A DNA stretch of 64,000 bases from Desulfobacterales bacterium (GCA_963674755.2 CAXXVS010000003.1:1056001-1120000), one strand, 5' to 3'. Shown: positions 10,452 to 20,394, counted from the first letter of the stretch. The notes: generated by a model not told the origin, from the sequence alone. Numbers and translations are program-made.

Positions 10452-10785
10452 GATTGCCTCCGTTGTTGGTTTGCTGGTTGAGTTCGTCGAGAAGGTGAAG
10501 GGCGCAATAGGCGGCCGTCGGTCCACCGCCGATCAGGATGGCGACCCCGGCGGCTTCGAGAATCTCCTCGCGACGGGCGCCCAGGGCCAGAGCTCCACGG
10601 ACCTGCTCCCGCAGGCAGGGTTCACATCGCAGGGCCGCCGTGACGGCCACCATCATGAGCTTTTTGACCTTGGCGTTCAAAACGCCGTCGCCGGTGGCCG
10701 AGGTTTGCAAGCCGCTAAAGGCGGTCATTACCCCCGGTAATTCTTCATGCAGGGCGGCCAAAGCCGCGTTGAGATTTTGTTTCAT
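10441..10785 (-). CDS. Carboxymuconolactone decarboxylase (CMD/AhpD-like) family protein
   Basis: DGVLNAKVKKLM..A...RCEPC...A...GA.REEILEA...A...GGGP. Confidence 0.88.
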   Translation of the reverse strand: MKQNLNAALAALHEELPGVMTAFSGLQTSATGDGVLNAKVKKLMMVAVTAALRCEPCLREQVRGALALGARREEILEAAGVAILIGGGPTAAYCALHLLDELNQQTNNGGNHAV

Positions 10786-10878
10786 TTGGGTTTCCCTCCT
10801 ATTATGACAAGTCAGGCATCGCCGGGCCCTCAGAGCTGACGGTTTTCGCGGTCGCTTTGGGTGGCGATGCGCTGGAAA

Positions 10879-11397
10879 TCAGGTCCAATTGTGATGCATC
10901 AGCAGAAACTCGGCATCCTCGACGATGTCGAAACGGTGTTCCTGCAGGGCTTTGAACCGAATGGCTTCCCCCGGTCCCAATGCGTAGGTCTGATCGGCCA
11001 CGGCCAATTTCAAGCGTCCTGTAAGCACCAGGCAAACTTCGGCGGTGTTGTCGTGATGCTGCGGCTCGGCGAGTTTGCGCACCCCGCTGCGGGCCTGGAT
11101 ATGGAAGACTTCGAAATGGGGGAAGGCGATATGAGCGCCCCGGATGCCATCGGCCCGAAAGGTTTGGGTGGTGGCCTGTTCGCACTGGGCGATTTCAGAG
11201 AGCCGAATCAATTCGCTGGCTGACTTCTGGAAGACATCGCTCAGGGCGGCAATGGTTTCCAGGGTCGGATTCCCCTCGCCGGCCTCGATTTTGGAAACCG
11301 TCGCCCTGGTGAGGCCGGCCTTCTTAGCGAGCTGTTCGGCGGTGAGCCCCCGTTTCAGGCGGAGCATCCGAAAAACGGAGAAATCGAAGGGTTTCAT
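10879..11397 (-). CDS. XRE-family HTH plus cupin transcriptional regulator
   Basis: LRLKRGLTAEQLAKKAGL...SKIEAG.GNPTL; C-terminal cupin (EVCLVLTG, LGPGEAIRF...H); start may be 11436. Confidence 0.88.
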   Translation of the reverse strand: MKPFDFSVFRMLRLKRGLTAEQLAKKAGLTRATVSKIEAGEGNPTLETIAALSDVFQKSASELIRLSEIAQCEQATTQTFRADGIRGAHIAFPHFEVFHIQARSGVRKLAEPQHHDNTAEVCLVLTGRLKLAVADQTYALGPGEAIRFKALQEHRFDIVEDAEFLLMHHNWT

Positions 11398-11434
11398 TGT
11401 CTGGGCGTACCTGAAGGCTGTGTCGTCATATGAC

Positions 11435-11494
11435 AATTATAATGGACATTATCGAAATTAAAATGAACGTAACAATGCGGTCGTGTTTCGTCAA
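11435..11494 (-). promoter_or_regulatory. Sigma70 promoter with direct-repeat operator upstream of the XRE-cupin gene
   Basis: Minus strand TTGACG (11494-11489), 17 bp, TACGTT (11471-11466); AATTAtAATGgAC and AATTAaAATGaAC at 11435 and 11456 (21-bp period). Confidence 0.55.
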
Positions 11495-11559
11495 GACGTC
11501 TGTGTCGCGGCTAAGAAGGGGCGTGGCAGGATTTCATACGGGGTCGGCCGGCCGTTGCC

Positions 11560-12684
11560 TCATTGGCGGACGATCACTTTGCCGGTGTCCGAGGTGTCGT
11601 AACCGGGGAGGTGGTCCAACTCCTCCCGGAACGTCCGGGACTGCAGGATGTCCAGTAAAACCCGGACGGCCGGGTGCTCCACCAGATCGCCGGGGATCAC
11701 AAGGTCGCAGCGCACCGTCGCGATGTCGATAAAATCCAGGCCGTAGACCGAGGCTACCACCCGCAGCCCCATGGCCGCGTCGGCGGTGCCGTAAAGCACC
11801 CGCTGGGCGCCTTCGCTGTGGCTGGCGACAAGATCCCCGAAACCGTGCACCGCCTCGGCCGGGATGTGCTCCCGGGCCAGGCGGTCTTCCAGCAGGGAGC
11901 GCAGAGCGGCCCCCGGTTCGCGGTTGACCAGGCGCACCTCCGGGCGGGCCAGGTCCGATACGCCGCGGATTTTCAACGGATTGCCGGGGGCCACCATCAG
12001 CCCTTCCTCGAATTGGGCAAAGCCGATCACCATCCCGCGGAAGTCGCCCAGGATACGGCGGGCCAGGGCCACGTTCGCTTCGGTCTTGCCTGCGCTGTGC
12101 AGATGGGTGCCGGCAATGTGGGTGTGGCCGTTGGCCAGGGATTCCAAGGCGCGCTGGCTCGATGCAAAGCGGCACAGGAGGGAGGAGGCTCCCCGGGATC
12201 GACCGACATGGGCACCGAGGATTTCAAAGGCAGGGTCGCAGCCCATCAGCAGGGCTTTGTGCTCGAGGGTTGCTTCGGGCTGCAGCAAACGCAGGCGGCC
12301 GCTCTTTTTAATAAGGAGGCCGTCGGCCGGCAGCATGTTTTCCCGGAAATCATTTTTACCGATCAGGGGGAAGCCCACCAACTTTCCGCGGACCCGGGCC
12401 AGGGCCAGGCGGGTGTCCCGGTCGGGCGCCCCCTGGCCGATGAGGGTCATCGGAGGGGCTTGCGATGGCGCGTCCAGGGTAAAGATATCTTCGACCCGGC
12501 AATCCAGGATGACAGCCAGACGCAACGCCACGGCCGTATTGGGCAGATAGCGGCCCGACTCCATGTCGTAGATCGCCTGGCGCTGAACCCCGATACGGCG
12601 GGCAAGTCGGGTCTGGGTAAGCCCTTTGGCAAGGCGCAGGGACTTTAAATGGCTGATGATGGGGGGGACGGGGTTTTTAGGCAT
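11560..12684 (-). CDS. XRE-HTH plus PBP-like (molybdate/tungstate-binding) regulator
   Basis: LRLAKGLTQ..LA..IGV.RQ.I...ESG.Y.P; C-terminal LVNREPGAALR and G.ADA.MG; divergent from modABC. Confidence 0.85.
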   Translation of the reverse strand: MPKNPVPPIISHLKSLRLAKGLTQTRLARRIGVQRQAIYDMESGRYLPNTAVALRLAVILDCRVEDIFTLDAPSQAPPMTLIGQGAPDRDTRLALARVRGKLVGFPLIGKNDFRENMLPADGLLIKKSGRLRLLQPEATLEHKALLMGCDPAFEILGAHVGRSRGASSLLCRFASSQRALESLANGHTHIAGTHLHSAGKTEANVALARRILGDFRGMVIGFAQFEEGLMVAPGNPLKIRGVSDLARPEVRLVNREPGAALRSLLEDRLAREHIPAEAVHGFGDLVASHSEGAQRVLYGTADAAMGLRVVASVYGLDFIDIATVRCDLVIPGDLVEHPAVRVLLDILQSRTFREELDHLPGYDTSDTGKVIVRQ

Positions 12685-13188
12685 GGCTTTCCCCTCGTCG
12701 AAGGCAACGGATCCAACTGTCCGGTGTGAACGTCAAATCCTATAGCGGATGATGTCTTGGAATGCAACCGGCCTTGGACATCATCCCGGGTGCACACCCG
12801 GCAACATGTCTGATCGTATGACAGCCGGGCAAATCGTCTTTGGGGGTATTCGTCTCACCGGAACCGGGACACAGGAAGGCATGTCAGCTACAAACGACAT
12901 TATTGAAGATCCGATTTACAATCTTGAAGTTTATGTCGGTCGTCGCAAAGCGTGGCATTCCGTCAATATCCCTTTGATAGTGCCGCTTTTAGTACCCCAA
13001 AGATGTCCTGGCATGTTCTGTGCTGAGTAGATTGCCATTGACGTCTAAAGATGTCATAGGCTAATTGAATGTACGCTAAAAACGTCAAATGGTCGGCTGT
13101 CAGGCTGGCGAAAGGGGCGCTAAGTCGGGAAAATGTTGTTCAAACATACTGAAAAAATAAACATTTTAACTGTGCGGAGGAAAGGGCG

Positions 13189-13980
13189 ATGAAACAAAAG
13201 TTTTTGAGTAGATCGGCCGTGGCAGGGGCGTTGGCGACAATTCTGGTATTAACGGCCGGTACCGGCCTGGTGTGGGCGGCTTCCGATGCCGTAACGGTGT
13301 TTGCGGCCGCTTCGACGACCAACGCGGTGACCGAGATCGGTGCTCTTTTCAGCCAGCGAAATGAGGAGCGCTTCCTGCCTTCCTTTGCCTCCTCTTCCAC
13401 TTTGGCGAAACAGATCGATAACGGCGCTCCGGCCGATATCTATATTTCGGCCAACAAGAAGTGGATGGCCTATCTGGAGGAAAAGAAGATGATCGAACCG
13501 GGCACCCGCATCGATCTTCTGAGCAACCGCATTGTGTTGATCGTACCGGCCGGCAGTTCCGTGGACCACATCGCGATTGCGCCGGGGTTCGATCTGCTGC
13601 CTTTCATCGGCGATAGCCGCCTGTCCATGGGCGATCCCGACCACGTGCCGGCGGGGATCTACGGCAAGCAGGCCCTGGAAAGCCTGGGGGTGTGGGCCGC
13701 TGTCGAGAGTCACGTGGCCCGCGCCAAGGATGTGCGCGCCGCCCTGGCGCTGGTGGAGCAGGGTGAGGCTTCGCTGGGGTTGGTCTATGCCACGGATGCG
13801 GCCATCTCCAAAAAAGTGCGTGTGGTGGGCACCTTCCCGGAAACCAGCCATCCGCCCATTGTCTATCCCGTGGCGATCGTAGCCGGCAAACAGTCTCCGG
13901 CCACAGACCGCTTCATGGCGCTGCTCCAGTCGCCGGAAGCTAAATCCATATTCGAAAAATACGGGTTTGCGGTGCGCTGA
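13189..13980 (+). CDS. modA: Molybdate ABC transporter substrate-binding protein
   Basis: VFAAAS, FASSSTLAKQI..GAPADIYISAN, VPAGIYG and VYATDA motifs. Confidence 0.95.
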   Translation: MKQKFLSRSAVAGALATILVLTAGTGLVWAASDAVTVFAAASTTNAVTEIGALFSQRNEERFLPSFASSSTLAKQIDNGAPADIYISANKKWMAYLEEKKMIEPGTRIDLLSNRIVLIVPAGSSVDHIAIAPGFDLLPFIGDSRLSMGDPDHVPAGIYGKQALESLGVWAAVESHVARAKDVRAALALVEQGEASLGLVYATDAAISKKVRVVGTFPETSHPPIVYPVAIVAGKQSPATDRFMALLQSPEAKSIFEKYGFAVR

Positions 13981-14678
13981 TGCAGGGATGGATGCTTTCG
14001 CCCGTAGAGATCGAGGCGCTTAAGCTGAGCCTGTGGGTGTCTTTCTGGGCGGTGGCCGGCAGTCTGCCCCTGGGGGTGCTGGTGGCCTGGCTGCTGGCCC
14101 GCCTGGAGTTCCCGGGCAAATCCCTCGTCGACGGACTCATCCACCTGCCCCTGGTGCTCCCGCCGGTGGTGATCGGCTATCTTCTTCTGGTGGGGTTCGG
14201 GCGGCGGGGCATCCTCGGTGCCTGGCTGCATGATCTGGCCGGCATCACCCTGGCGTTCAACTGGAAGGGGGCGGCCGTGGCGGCGGCCGTCATGGCTTTC
14301 CCGCTGATGGTGCGGGCCGTGCGGCTGTCCATCGAGAGCGTGGACCGGGGTGTGGAAGCGGCCGCCCGCACTCTGGGAGCCGGCCCGGGGCGGGTTTTCT
14401 TCACGGTAACGCTGCCTCTGGTCACGCCGGGAATCCTGACCGGCCTGATCCTGGCCTTTGCCCGCAGCCTGGGTGAATTCGGCGCCACGATTACCTTCGT
14501 GTCCAATATCAAGGGCGAAACCCAGACCCTGCCCCTGGCCCTCTATACGTTGACCCAGATGCCCGGGGGAGAAGTGGGCGCCATGCGCCTGTGCCTCATT
14601 TCAGTGGTCATCGCCATGGCGGCCCTGGTGGCCTCGGAAGGCCTGGCCCGCCGGTTTGCCGCCTACATCAAAGGATGA
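13980..14678 (+). CDS. modB: Molybdate ABC transporter permease
   Basis: HLPLVLPPVVIG, EAAARTLGA and FARSLGEFGAT; coupled to modA by TGATG. Confidence 0.95.
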   Translation: MQGWMLSPVEIEALKLSLWVSFWAVAGSLPLGVLVAWLLARLEFPGKSLVDGLIHLPLVLPPVVIGYLLLVGFGRRGILGAWLHDLAGITLAFNWKGAAVAAAVMAFPLMVRAVRLSIESVDRGVEAAARTLGAGPGRVFFTVTLPLVTPGILTGLILAFARSLGEFGATITFVSNIKGETQTLPLALYTLTQMPGGEVGAMRLCLISVVIAMAALVASEGLARRFAAYIKG

Positions 14679-14681
14679 TTC

Positions 14682-15800
14682 ATGCTGGACCTGCATCTGA
14701 TCCGACAACAGGGCGATTTCCGGGTGGACGTGGCCTTCCGTTCACCGGAGGTCGGGGTCACCGCGCTTTTCGGCCGCTCCGGGGCCGGCAAGACCTCGCT
14801 GGTCAACATGGTGGCCGGCCTGGTGCGTCCGGACCAGGGACACATCGTCGTCAACGGTCGAACCCTTTTTGATGCCACCCAAGGCCTTCATGTCCCTCCG
14901 GAAAAACGGCGCATCGGCTATATCTTCCAGGACGGTCGCCTGTTCCCCCATCTGTCGGTCAAATCCAACCTGACCTATGGCATGCGGCGTACAGTGTCCT
15001 CCGAGCAGGGTGTCAGCCTGGATGACGTGGTGGATCTTCTGGGCATCGGGCACCTGCTCCATCGGCGACCGGCCAAATTGTCGGGGGGCGAAAAACAGCG
15101 CGTCGCTATCGGCCGGGCCTTGCTGACCAGTCCGTCCCTGCTGCTCATGGACGAGCCCCTGGCCTCTCTCGACCGGAGCCGCAAAGCCGAAGTGCTGCCC
15201 TTCCTGTCCCGCTTGTGCAGTGAATTGTCGACCCCCATCCTCTATGTCAGCCATTCTCTGGAAGAGGTGCTCAACCTGGCCGATACCATGGTGCTGCTGG
15301 ATCAGGGCCGGGTGGCCGCGGCGGGGTCCCTCGAGGATCTCATGAACCGCCGCGATTTGCAGCGCTTGACCGGGGCCGCCGATCTGGGGGCGGTGATTGC
15401 AACCACGGTGGATGATCATCTGGACGGCCTGACGCGACTTCGTTTCCCGGGCGGGGGCCTCTGGGTGCCTGAAGTGGCCGCACCCCGGGGAAGCCGGCTG
15501 AGGGTCCGCATCGGCGCCCGCAACGTGGCCATCGCCCTGCAGGCACCTCCGGAAACCAGCATCCAGAACATCTTCCCGGGCCAGGTGACCGCCATCACGG
15601 AGGGGCCCGCAAAGCTGCTGGATGTTCAGATGGATATCGGCTGCCCCCTGCTGGCCCGGATTACCCCCCGGGCCTTGAGCACCCTTGCCCTTGCCCCCGG
15701 GAAACGCGTTTTTGCCATGGTGAAAAGTGTCGCGGTCTCCAGAGGCCACCTGAACGTTCCGCTAGATATGAACACCGATTCCCAGAGGAGAACGTTATGA
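14682..15800 (+). CDS. modC: Molybdate ABC transporter ATP-binding protein
   Basis: GRSGAGKT, LSGGEKQRVAIGRAL and LMDEP; C-terminal TOBE domain (SIQNI..G.V). Confidence 0.95.
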   Translation: MLDLHLIRQQGDFRVDVAFRSPEVGVTALFGRSGAGKTSLVNMVAGLVRPDQGHIVVNGRTLFDATQGLHVPPEKRRIGYIFQDGRLFPHLSVKSNLTYGMRRTVSSEQGVSLDDVVDLLGIGHLLHRRPAKLSGGEKQRVAIGRALLTSPSLLLMDEPLASLDRSRKAEVLPFLSRLCSELSTPILYVSHSLEEVLNLADTMVLLDQGRVAAAGSLEDLMNRRDLQRLTGAADLGAVIATTVDDHLDGLTRLRFPGGGLWVPEVAAPRGSRLRVRIGARNVAIALQAPPETSIQNIFPGQVTAITEGPAKLLDVQMDIGCPLLARITPRALSTLALAPGKRVFAMVKSVAVSRGHLNVPLDMNTDSQRRTL

Positions 15801-16303
15801 CCATTCAGTTTAAACCCATCGGGTACTTTTCGACCCCCTTCAAGGAAGTGCGCGGCATGCCGATCCAGCCTACCGGCGCCAAAGGCGTCTACGGCGCCAT
15901 CACCATCCTTCCGGAATATCGCGAAGGGCTAACGGATCTGGAAGGCTTTTCCCATGTTTTCGTGCTCTACCACCTGCACGAGATTCAAGGCTACCATCTC
16001 AGGGTGACACCATTTCTGGATACCTGCCAGCACGGCATCTTCGCCACCCGCTCACCCAAACGGCCCAATCCCATCGGCCTGTCCGTGATGCGGCTCGACA
16101 CGGTTTCCGAGGATCTGGTGGTTCTCGAAAACGTGGACGTGCTGGACGGCACCCCGGTCATCGACATCAAGCCCTACGTACCGGACTTCGATATCTGGCA
16201 GGCTGACGCTATCGGCTGGTTCGCGGGAAAATCAAACCACGCGGAGCAGCACAAAAGCGACGAGCGTTTCGCCTCTTTCGAGCAGGAGCGCGTGGGGACC
16301 TAG
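15797..16303 (+). CDS. tsaA: TsaA/TrmO (YaeB)-like SAM-binding protein
   Basis: GIFATRSPKRPNPIGLS and VDVLDGTPVIDIKPY. Confidence 0.9.
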   Translation: MTIQFKPIGYFSTPFKEVRGMPIQPTGAKGVYGAITILPEYREGLTDLEGFSHVFVLYHLHEIQGYHLRVTPFLDTCQHGIFATRSPKRPNPIGLSVMRLDTVSEDLVVLENVDVLDGTPVIDIKPYVPDFDIWQADAIGWFAGKSNHAEQHKSDERFASFEQERVGT

Positions 16304-16324
16304 ACATGGCGGAATTTATTCTGT

Positions 16325-16480
16325 GTCTATTTTTCCGAGGTGGACATGCCGGACGGAACCCCGCTTTTAGATATTAAACCCTATGTGACCTATTTCGACT
16401 ACCGGGAAAAGATGCGTTGCGGCTGGTATGAAAAACATTTTAATGACGGCCGCACCCCCGAAAGAGCGATTTTGAAATAG
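16325..16480 (+). pseudogene. C-terminal fragment of a second TsaA/TrmO paralog
   Basis: Hand translation VYFSEVDMPDGTPLLDIKPYVTYFDYREKMRCGWYEKHFNDGRTPERAILK*; N-terminus missing. Confidence 0.75.
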
Positions 16481-16930
16481 TCGATCCTGAAAAAGTCGCG
16501 TAAGGCAACAGCCAAAAAGGCGGATGATCTTTGAAGGTAAGCCAACCAATTGAGCAAGAGGCGCGCAAAGTCTGCTGCAGACCGCAGCCGTTTGTGAAAG
16601 TCTATCTCAGCGGCATTGAGGATAGCGTTGGTCTGATCGCCATAAGTGCCCTTGAGCCGATGGCAGTCCATGCGCTGGTCACGCTTTAAATGTCAGATCA
16701 CCTTCGGTGAGTGGCCACTACACTGACTTTGCAGCCAAATCCGTAGCACTTGTGAGCCTTGCCTTTGCTGATGCACGCCAGGGCCGGCTCGTGAACACGG
16801 TAGATTTTGTTTTTGTCGTGGCGACGGACTCTCCGATGCGCTCTCGCCAGCGGGTCATGCGGGGTGGATCGATGGGCAGATCGAGATAGAGAGAATTTTT
16901 ATAGGATAAACCTGCCCCAGACCACAAGAA
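16479..16930 (-). mobile_element. Internally deleted IS5-family transposase relic with one terminal repeat
   Basis: Pieces LPIDP..MTRWRERIGE, DKNKIYSVHEP.V.CISKGKAHK.Y.FGCKVS and VI*HLKRDQRMDCHRLKG..GDQ.NAIL in shifted frames; end-like sequence GTCGATCCTGAAAAAGTC at ~16480. Confidence 0.8.
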
Positions 16931-16935
16931 GCTTT

Positions 16936-17856
16936 TTAGCCAGCAGCGGGTGACGGCGCCCCCCTATTTGCCAGCACCGAAAAAAAGACCACGAATCCGT
17001 AAAAAGGGATCAAGTAGATTACACTGAGGGTGGCCGCTAGGGGCTCGTTCATCTCAACGGCCAAGGCAATGATCATAATATTGTTACCCCAAACCTGGCT
17101 GCCTGATGCGGCTACCCGGTTGGCCCAGCTCCGGGACCGGGCGAAGCCCCAGCCAAGAATGGCCAGCATCAGGGACAGCCCTATGGAATAAACCACACAA
17201 TAAAGAATCTGTTCAGGGTTGGCCTTGAGATAGGGGAGGTAGCGACCCAGCGCCCCGAAATTTATCCCTACGAGCACGACCATTGAAATCGGATAGCTTA
17301 TCCGGTTCAGGGGTTCAAGCAGTTCCGGCAACAGCGCCCGGAATACAAACGCCGCTGCGAGGGGGATAAAAATAATCATGGCCAGAAATAGGGCCATATC
17401 CGTCAGGGCATAGTCCAAAGTGACATGGGCCAATAACTTGACCATTACAGGCAGGCTGATCGGCACAACCAGGCTGGTCACCACGGCCATGACCAGGCTG
17501 TAAGAGATGTTGCCCCGGCACAGGGAGGTAAAAAAAGGAGAAGACACGCCCGTGGAGACCCCGGCCAGCAGGAGCATGGAAAGTGCCAAGGGGGGGTACA
17601 ATGCCAAAGTGACCCAGTACGCCACGACGGGTGCAATTATGAGGCGCAGCAAGGATCCCAAGATGATTCCCGCCCAGTTCGACATCAGGGCCCGGCCGAC
17701 ATCCGTCGGAGATATTTTAATAAAGGAAAGAAAGAGCAAGGTCATCATCAGGTATTTAATGGTTACGGAAACAGCAGCAGAAGGCCCCGGGAAAACGAGC
17801 CCGATCAGAAGCGTACCATATAGCACGACGATCAATATATAATCTTGCTTTCGCAT
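16936..17856 (-). CDS. Bile acid:sodium symporter (BASS) family transporter
   Basis: About 9-10 TM segments; ..TGVSSPFFTSLCRGNISYSL..VVTSLV.P. Confidence 0.8.
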   Translation of the reverse strand: MRKQDYILIVVLYGTLLIGLVFPGPSAAVSVTIKYLMMTLLFLSFIKISPTDVGRALMSNWAGIILGSLLRLIIAPVVAYWVTLALYPPLALSMLLLAGVSTGVSSPFFTSLCRGNISYSLVMAVVTSLVVPISLPVMVKLLAHVTLDYALTDMALFLAMIIFIPLAAAFVFRALLPELLEPLNRISYPISMVVLVGINFGALGRYLPYLKANPEQILYCVVYSIGLSLMLAILGWGFARSRSWANRVAASGSQVWGNNIMIIALAVEMNEPLAATLSVIYLIPFYGFVVFFSVLANRGAPSPAAG

Positions 17857-17865
17857 TTATCTTTT

Positions 17866-18549
17866 CTAAAACGATCGTGTCACGATTTGGCACACAAAGG
17901 GAATAAATATGGCGGGCAGCATATTGCCGATTTTTATTGTTTTGATTTCCAACAGCCCAAGGCCGATGGCCATGATCAATAGTCCCCCTACAGCCGACAT
18001 CTGCGAAACAACTTCGGGCACCAAGAATCCTTTGATAGCCGAGGCGGCAACGGTGATCAGCCCTTGATAAAGGAAGACGGATACAGCGGAAAACAAAACG
18101 CCGATCCCTAACGTCGAGGCAAACAGAATGGATGTGATGCCATCGATAACGGATTTGGCAAATAATGTCTGGTGATTCCCGGACAGTCCGCTTTCCAAAG
18201 CGCCGACGATGGCCATGGCCCCAATACAAAAAAGGAGACTGGCATTTACGAATCCTTTGGAGACACTTTGGCCGTCCCCTGAACACATGCGGCCGAGCCA
18301 GTTGCCGAGACGATTGAGCCTCTTCTCGATGCCAAGCAGTTCCCCTAAAAAGCTGCCAATCACCAGGCTGTAGATAACGACCACGGTGGCATCCGTGTTC
18401 AGGGCGGTCCGCAGGCCGATCATAACAACAGCCAGCCCGATGGCATGCATTATTGTTTGGCTGTATTGACGGGGAATGCTTCCCCTGAAGAGCAGACCGA
18501 TCAGACTTCCCAAAATGATACTCAACGTGTTGACAACGGTTCCAATCAT
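17866..18549 (-). CDS. DUF554 family membrane protein
   Basis: MIGTVVN...I.GS.IG, GFVNASLLFCIGAMAIVG and KSVIDG. Confidence 0.9.
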   Translation of the reverse strand: MIGTVVNTLSIILGSLIGLLFRGSIPRQYSQTIMHAIGLAVVMIGLRTALNTDATVVVIYSLVIGSFLGELLGIEKRLNRLGNWLGRMCSGDGQSVSKGFVNASLLFCIGAMAIVGALESGLSGNHQTLFAKSVIDGITSILFASTLGIGVLFSAVSVFLYQGLITVAASAIKGFLVPEVVSQMSAVGGLLIMAIGLGLLEIKTIKIGNMLPAIFIPFVCQIVTRSF

Positions 18550-18746
18550 CGAACGCTCGACATGGATGGCACCTAAATGCAGCGGAATAGACGACGTCAA
18601 TGCCAAAGAGGCGACAGCCGGGGGCCCACCGATGGTAGCAGGCGCTTGCCCCAAAATGTGGTAAGCGAAGATTGCGCATACCGCATCCTATAAAGAATGC
18701 GATATGCGCAGCAGGGGACTTGCTCAAGGTTGGGATAGGGTATCAT

Positions 18747-18809
18747 TTGCAGGTTATCCGGGTCGAGATCGGTGACGATATAAGGGCCAACCGTACTGAA
18801 GGTGTCAAA
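18747..18809 (-). repeat. Orphan fragment of an FAH gene, direct repeat of 22487-22549
   Basis: 57/63 nt identical by hand count; encodes FDTFSTVGPYIVTDLDPDNLQ. Confidence 0.8.
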
Positions 18810-18895
18810 GCATGATGTGGCTACGGACATACTTCATGGTTGTGCCCATCTCGAACCACGCATCCCACGAATAGCGAAAAATCCGTGGACGGAAC

Positions 18896-20392
18896 TCATT
18901 GTTCCGGCACTTTCTTCTTGAACAGCCAGGCTGCTATGAAAGGCGACGTCCATAAAATGATGGTGACCACGCCTAATACCAGGCTGACAGGGCGCTCTAA
19001 GAAAGACATGAGCTGCCATTCGCTTTTGATCATGGAAACCATGAAGCTATCTTCCAACAGTCTGCCCAACACCAAACCCAGTATGGCCGGCGCGACGGGA
19101 ATATCGTTCACCTCCATGAAGTATGCCAATATGCCGCAAAACAGCATGATCCCCACGTCAAATGTAGCGTTGTTAATGGCAAAGGCCCCCACAATGCAGA
19201 ATATTAAGATAACCGGCATCAGAATCTTACGCGGCACCCGCAGCATCTGGCAGCCTGCCAGGATGGCCATAAAGCCAAAGGGAATCAGGAGCAAGTTGGC
19301 CAGAATAAAGGTGATATATACCGCGTATAGAATTTCCGGGGTTTGCTGGAATATCATCGGGCCGGGCTTGAGGCCTTTCATGAACAGCACCCCGATCACG
19401 ATGGCCGTAATAGAGTCTCCGGGGATGCCAAAGACCAGGGCAGGTACCCATGCCCCGCTTAAGCCGGCGTTGTTGGCGGTCCCCGCATCCACGATGCCTT
19501 CTATGTGACCTGTGCCATACTTCTCCGGGGTTTTGGAGAATTTCTTTGAAAGCGCATACGCAATCCAGGCACCGATATCAGCGCCCGCACCGGGCAGGAT
19601 ACCCACCGCCGTACCAAGGAGGCTGGAGCGCATTATATTCAGTTTGTATTTACGCACCGTTTTACCGACACCCTTAAACATATTTTTCAAGATGACCGCG
19701 CACTGGGTGCCGGAAAGATCGCCGGTGGATACGTTGCGCATCACTTCGGACACACCGAACATGCCAATCATGGCCGGAATGAAGTTGAAGCCGTTCATTA
19801 AGTCCGTGCTCCCGAAGGTGAAACGGGCAAAACCGAAGGTCTCAGATACACCCACCGTGGTCATCATAAGACCGATGAGGAGTGAGATTAGGCCTTTAAT
19901 TAAAGAGCCCTTGCTGACAAGAACCGAGCAGGACAGGCCAATGCAGGCAAGCCAGAAGTATTCATAGCAGGTAAACTGCATGGCTACCTCGGCTAGGAAC
20001 GGCGCAAGGACGATCAGTATTAAAGAACCTATTAAACCGCCGATAGCCGCTACAATGACATCCGTGCCCAGCACAAAGCCCGCCTTGCCCGCCAGAGTCA
20101 AGGCGTGGGATTCATCCACGTATGCCGCTGAAGAAGGCGTGCCCGGAATACGCACCAGTGCGCCAGGGATATCGCCGGCAAAAATAGCCATGGCCTCCAT
20201 GGTTACGATGGCCGCCAAGGCGGGTACCGGGTCCATGAAAAAAGTTACCGGCACCAAAAGGGCGGTGGCCATGGTGGCGGTCAGCCCGGGTATGGATCCC
20301 ACAAACAGGCCATAAGCACCTGCGACAAAGATTACCATCAATACGTAGGGCTGAAAAACGAGCCCGCCCGCAACTAGAATATGTTCTAACAT
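18896..20392 (-). CDS. tctA: Tripartite tricarboxylate transporter permease TctA
   Basis: GSIPGLTATM, IPGTPSSAA, GILPGAGA and GIPGD motifs. Confidence 0.93.
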   Translation of the reverse strand: MLEHILVAGGLVFQPYVLMVIFVAGAYGLFVGSIPGLTATMATALLVPVTFFMDPVPALAAIVTMEAMAIFAGDIPGALVRIPGTPSSAAYVDESHALTLAGKAGFVLGTDVIVAAIGGLIGSLILIVLAPFLAEVAMQFTCYEYFWLACIGLSCSVLVSKGSLIKGLISLLIGLMMTTVGVSETFGFARFTFGSTDLMNGFNFIPAMIGMFGVSEVMRNVSTGDLSGTQCAVILKNMFKGVGKTVRKYKLNIMRSSLLGTAVGILPGAGADIGAWIAYALSKKFSKTPEKYGTGHIEGIVDAGTANNAGLSGAWVPALVFGIPGDSITAIVIGVLFMKGLKPGPMIFQQTPEILYAVYITFILANLLLIPFGFMAILAGCQMLRVPRKILMPVILIFCIVGAFAINNATFDVGIMLFCGILAYFMEVNDIPVAPAILGLVLGRLLEDSFMVSMIKSEWQLMSFLERPVSLVLGVVTIILWTSPFIAAWLFKKKVPEQ

Positions 20393-20394
20393 GA

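Noticed and set aside
12685..13188. Moco riboswitch upstream of modA; also ORF 12749-13030
   Set aside because: Hairpins are present but I could not match the conserved Moco motif core; the ORF has no recognisable family
16690..16700. In-frame TGA as another selenocysteine codon
   Set aside because: Falls at a Gly position of a frameshifted IS5 relic; simple decay
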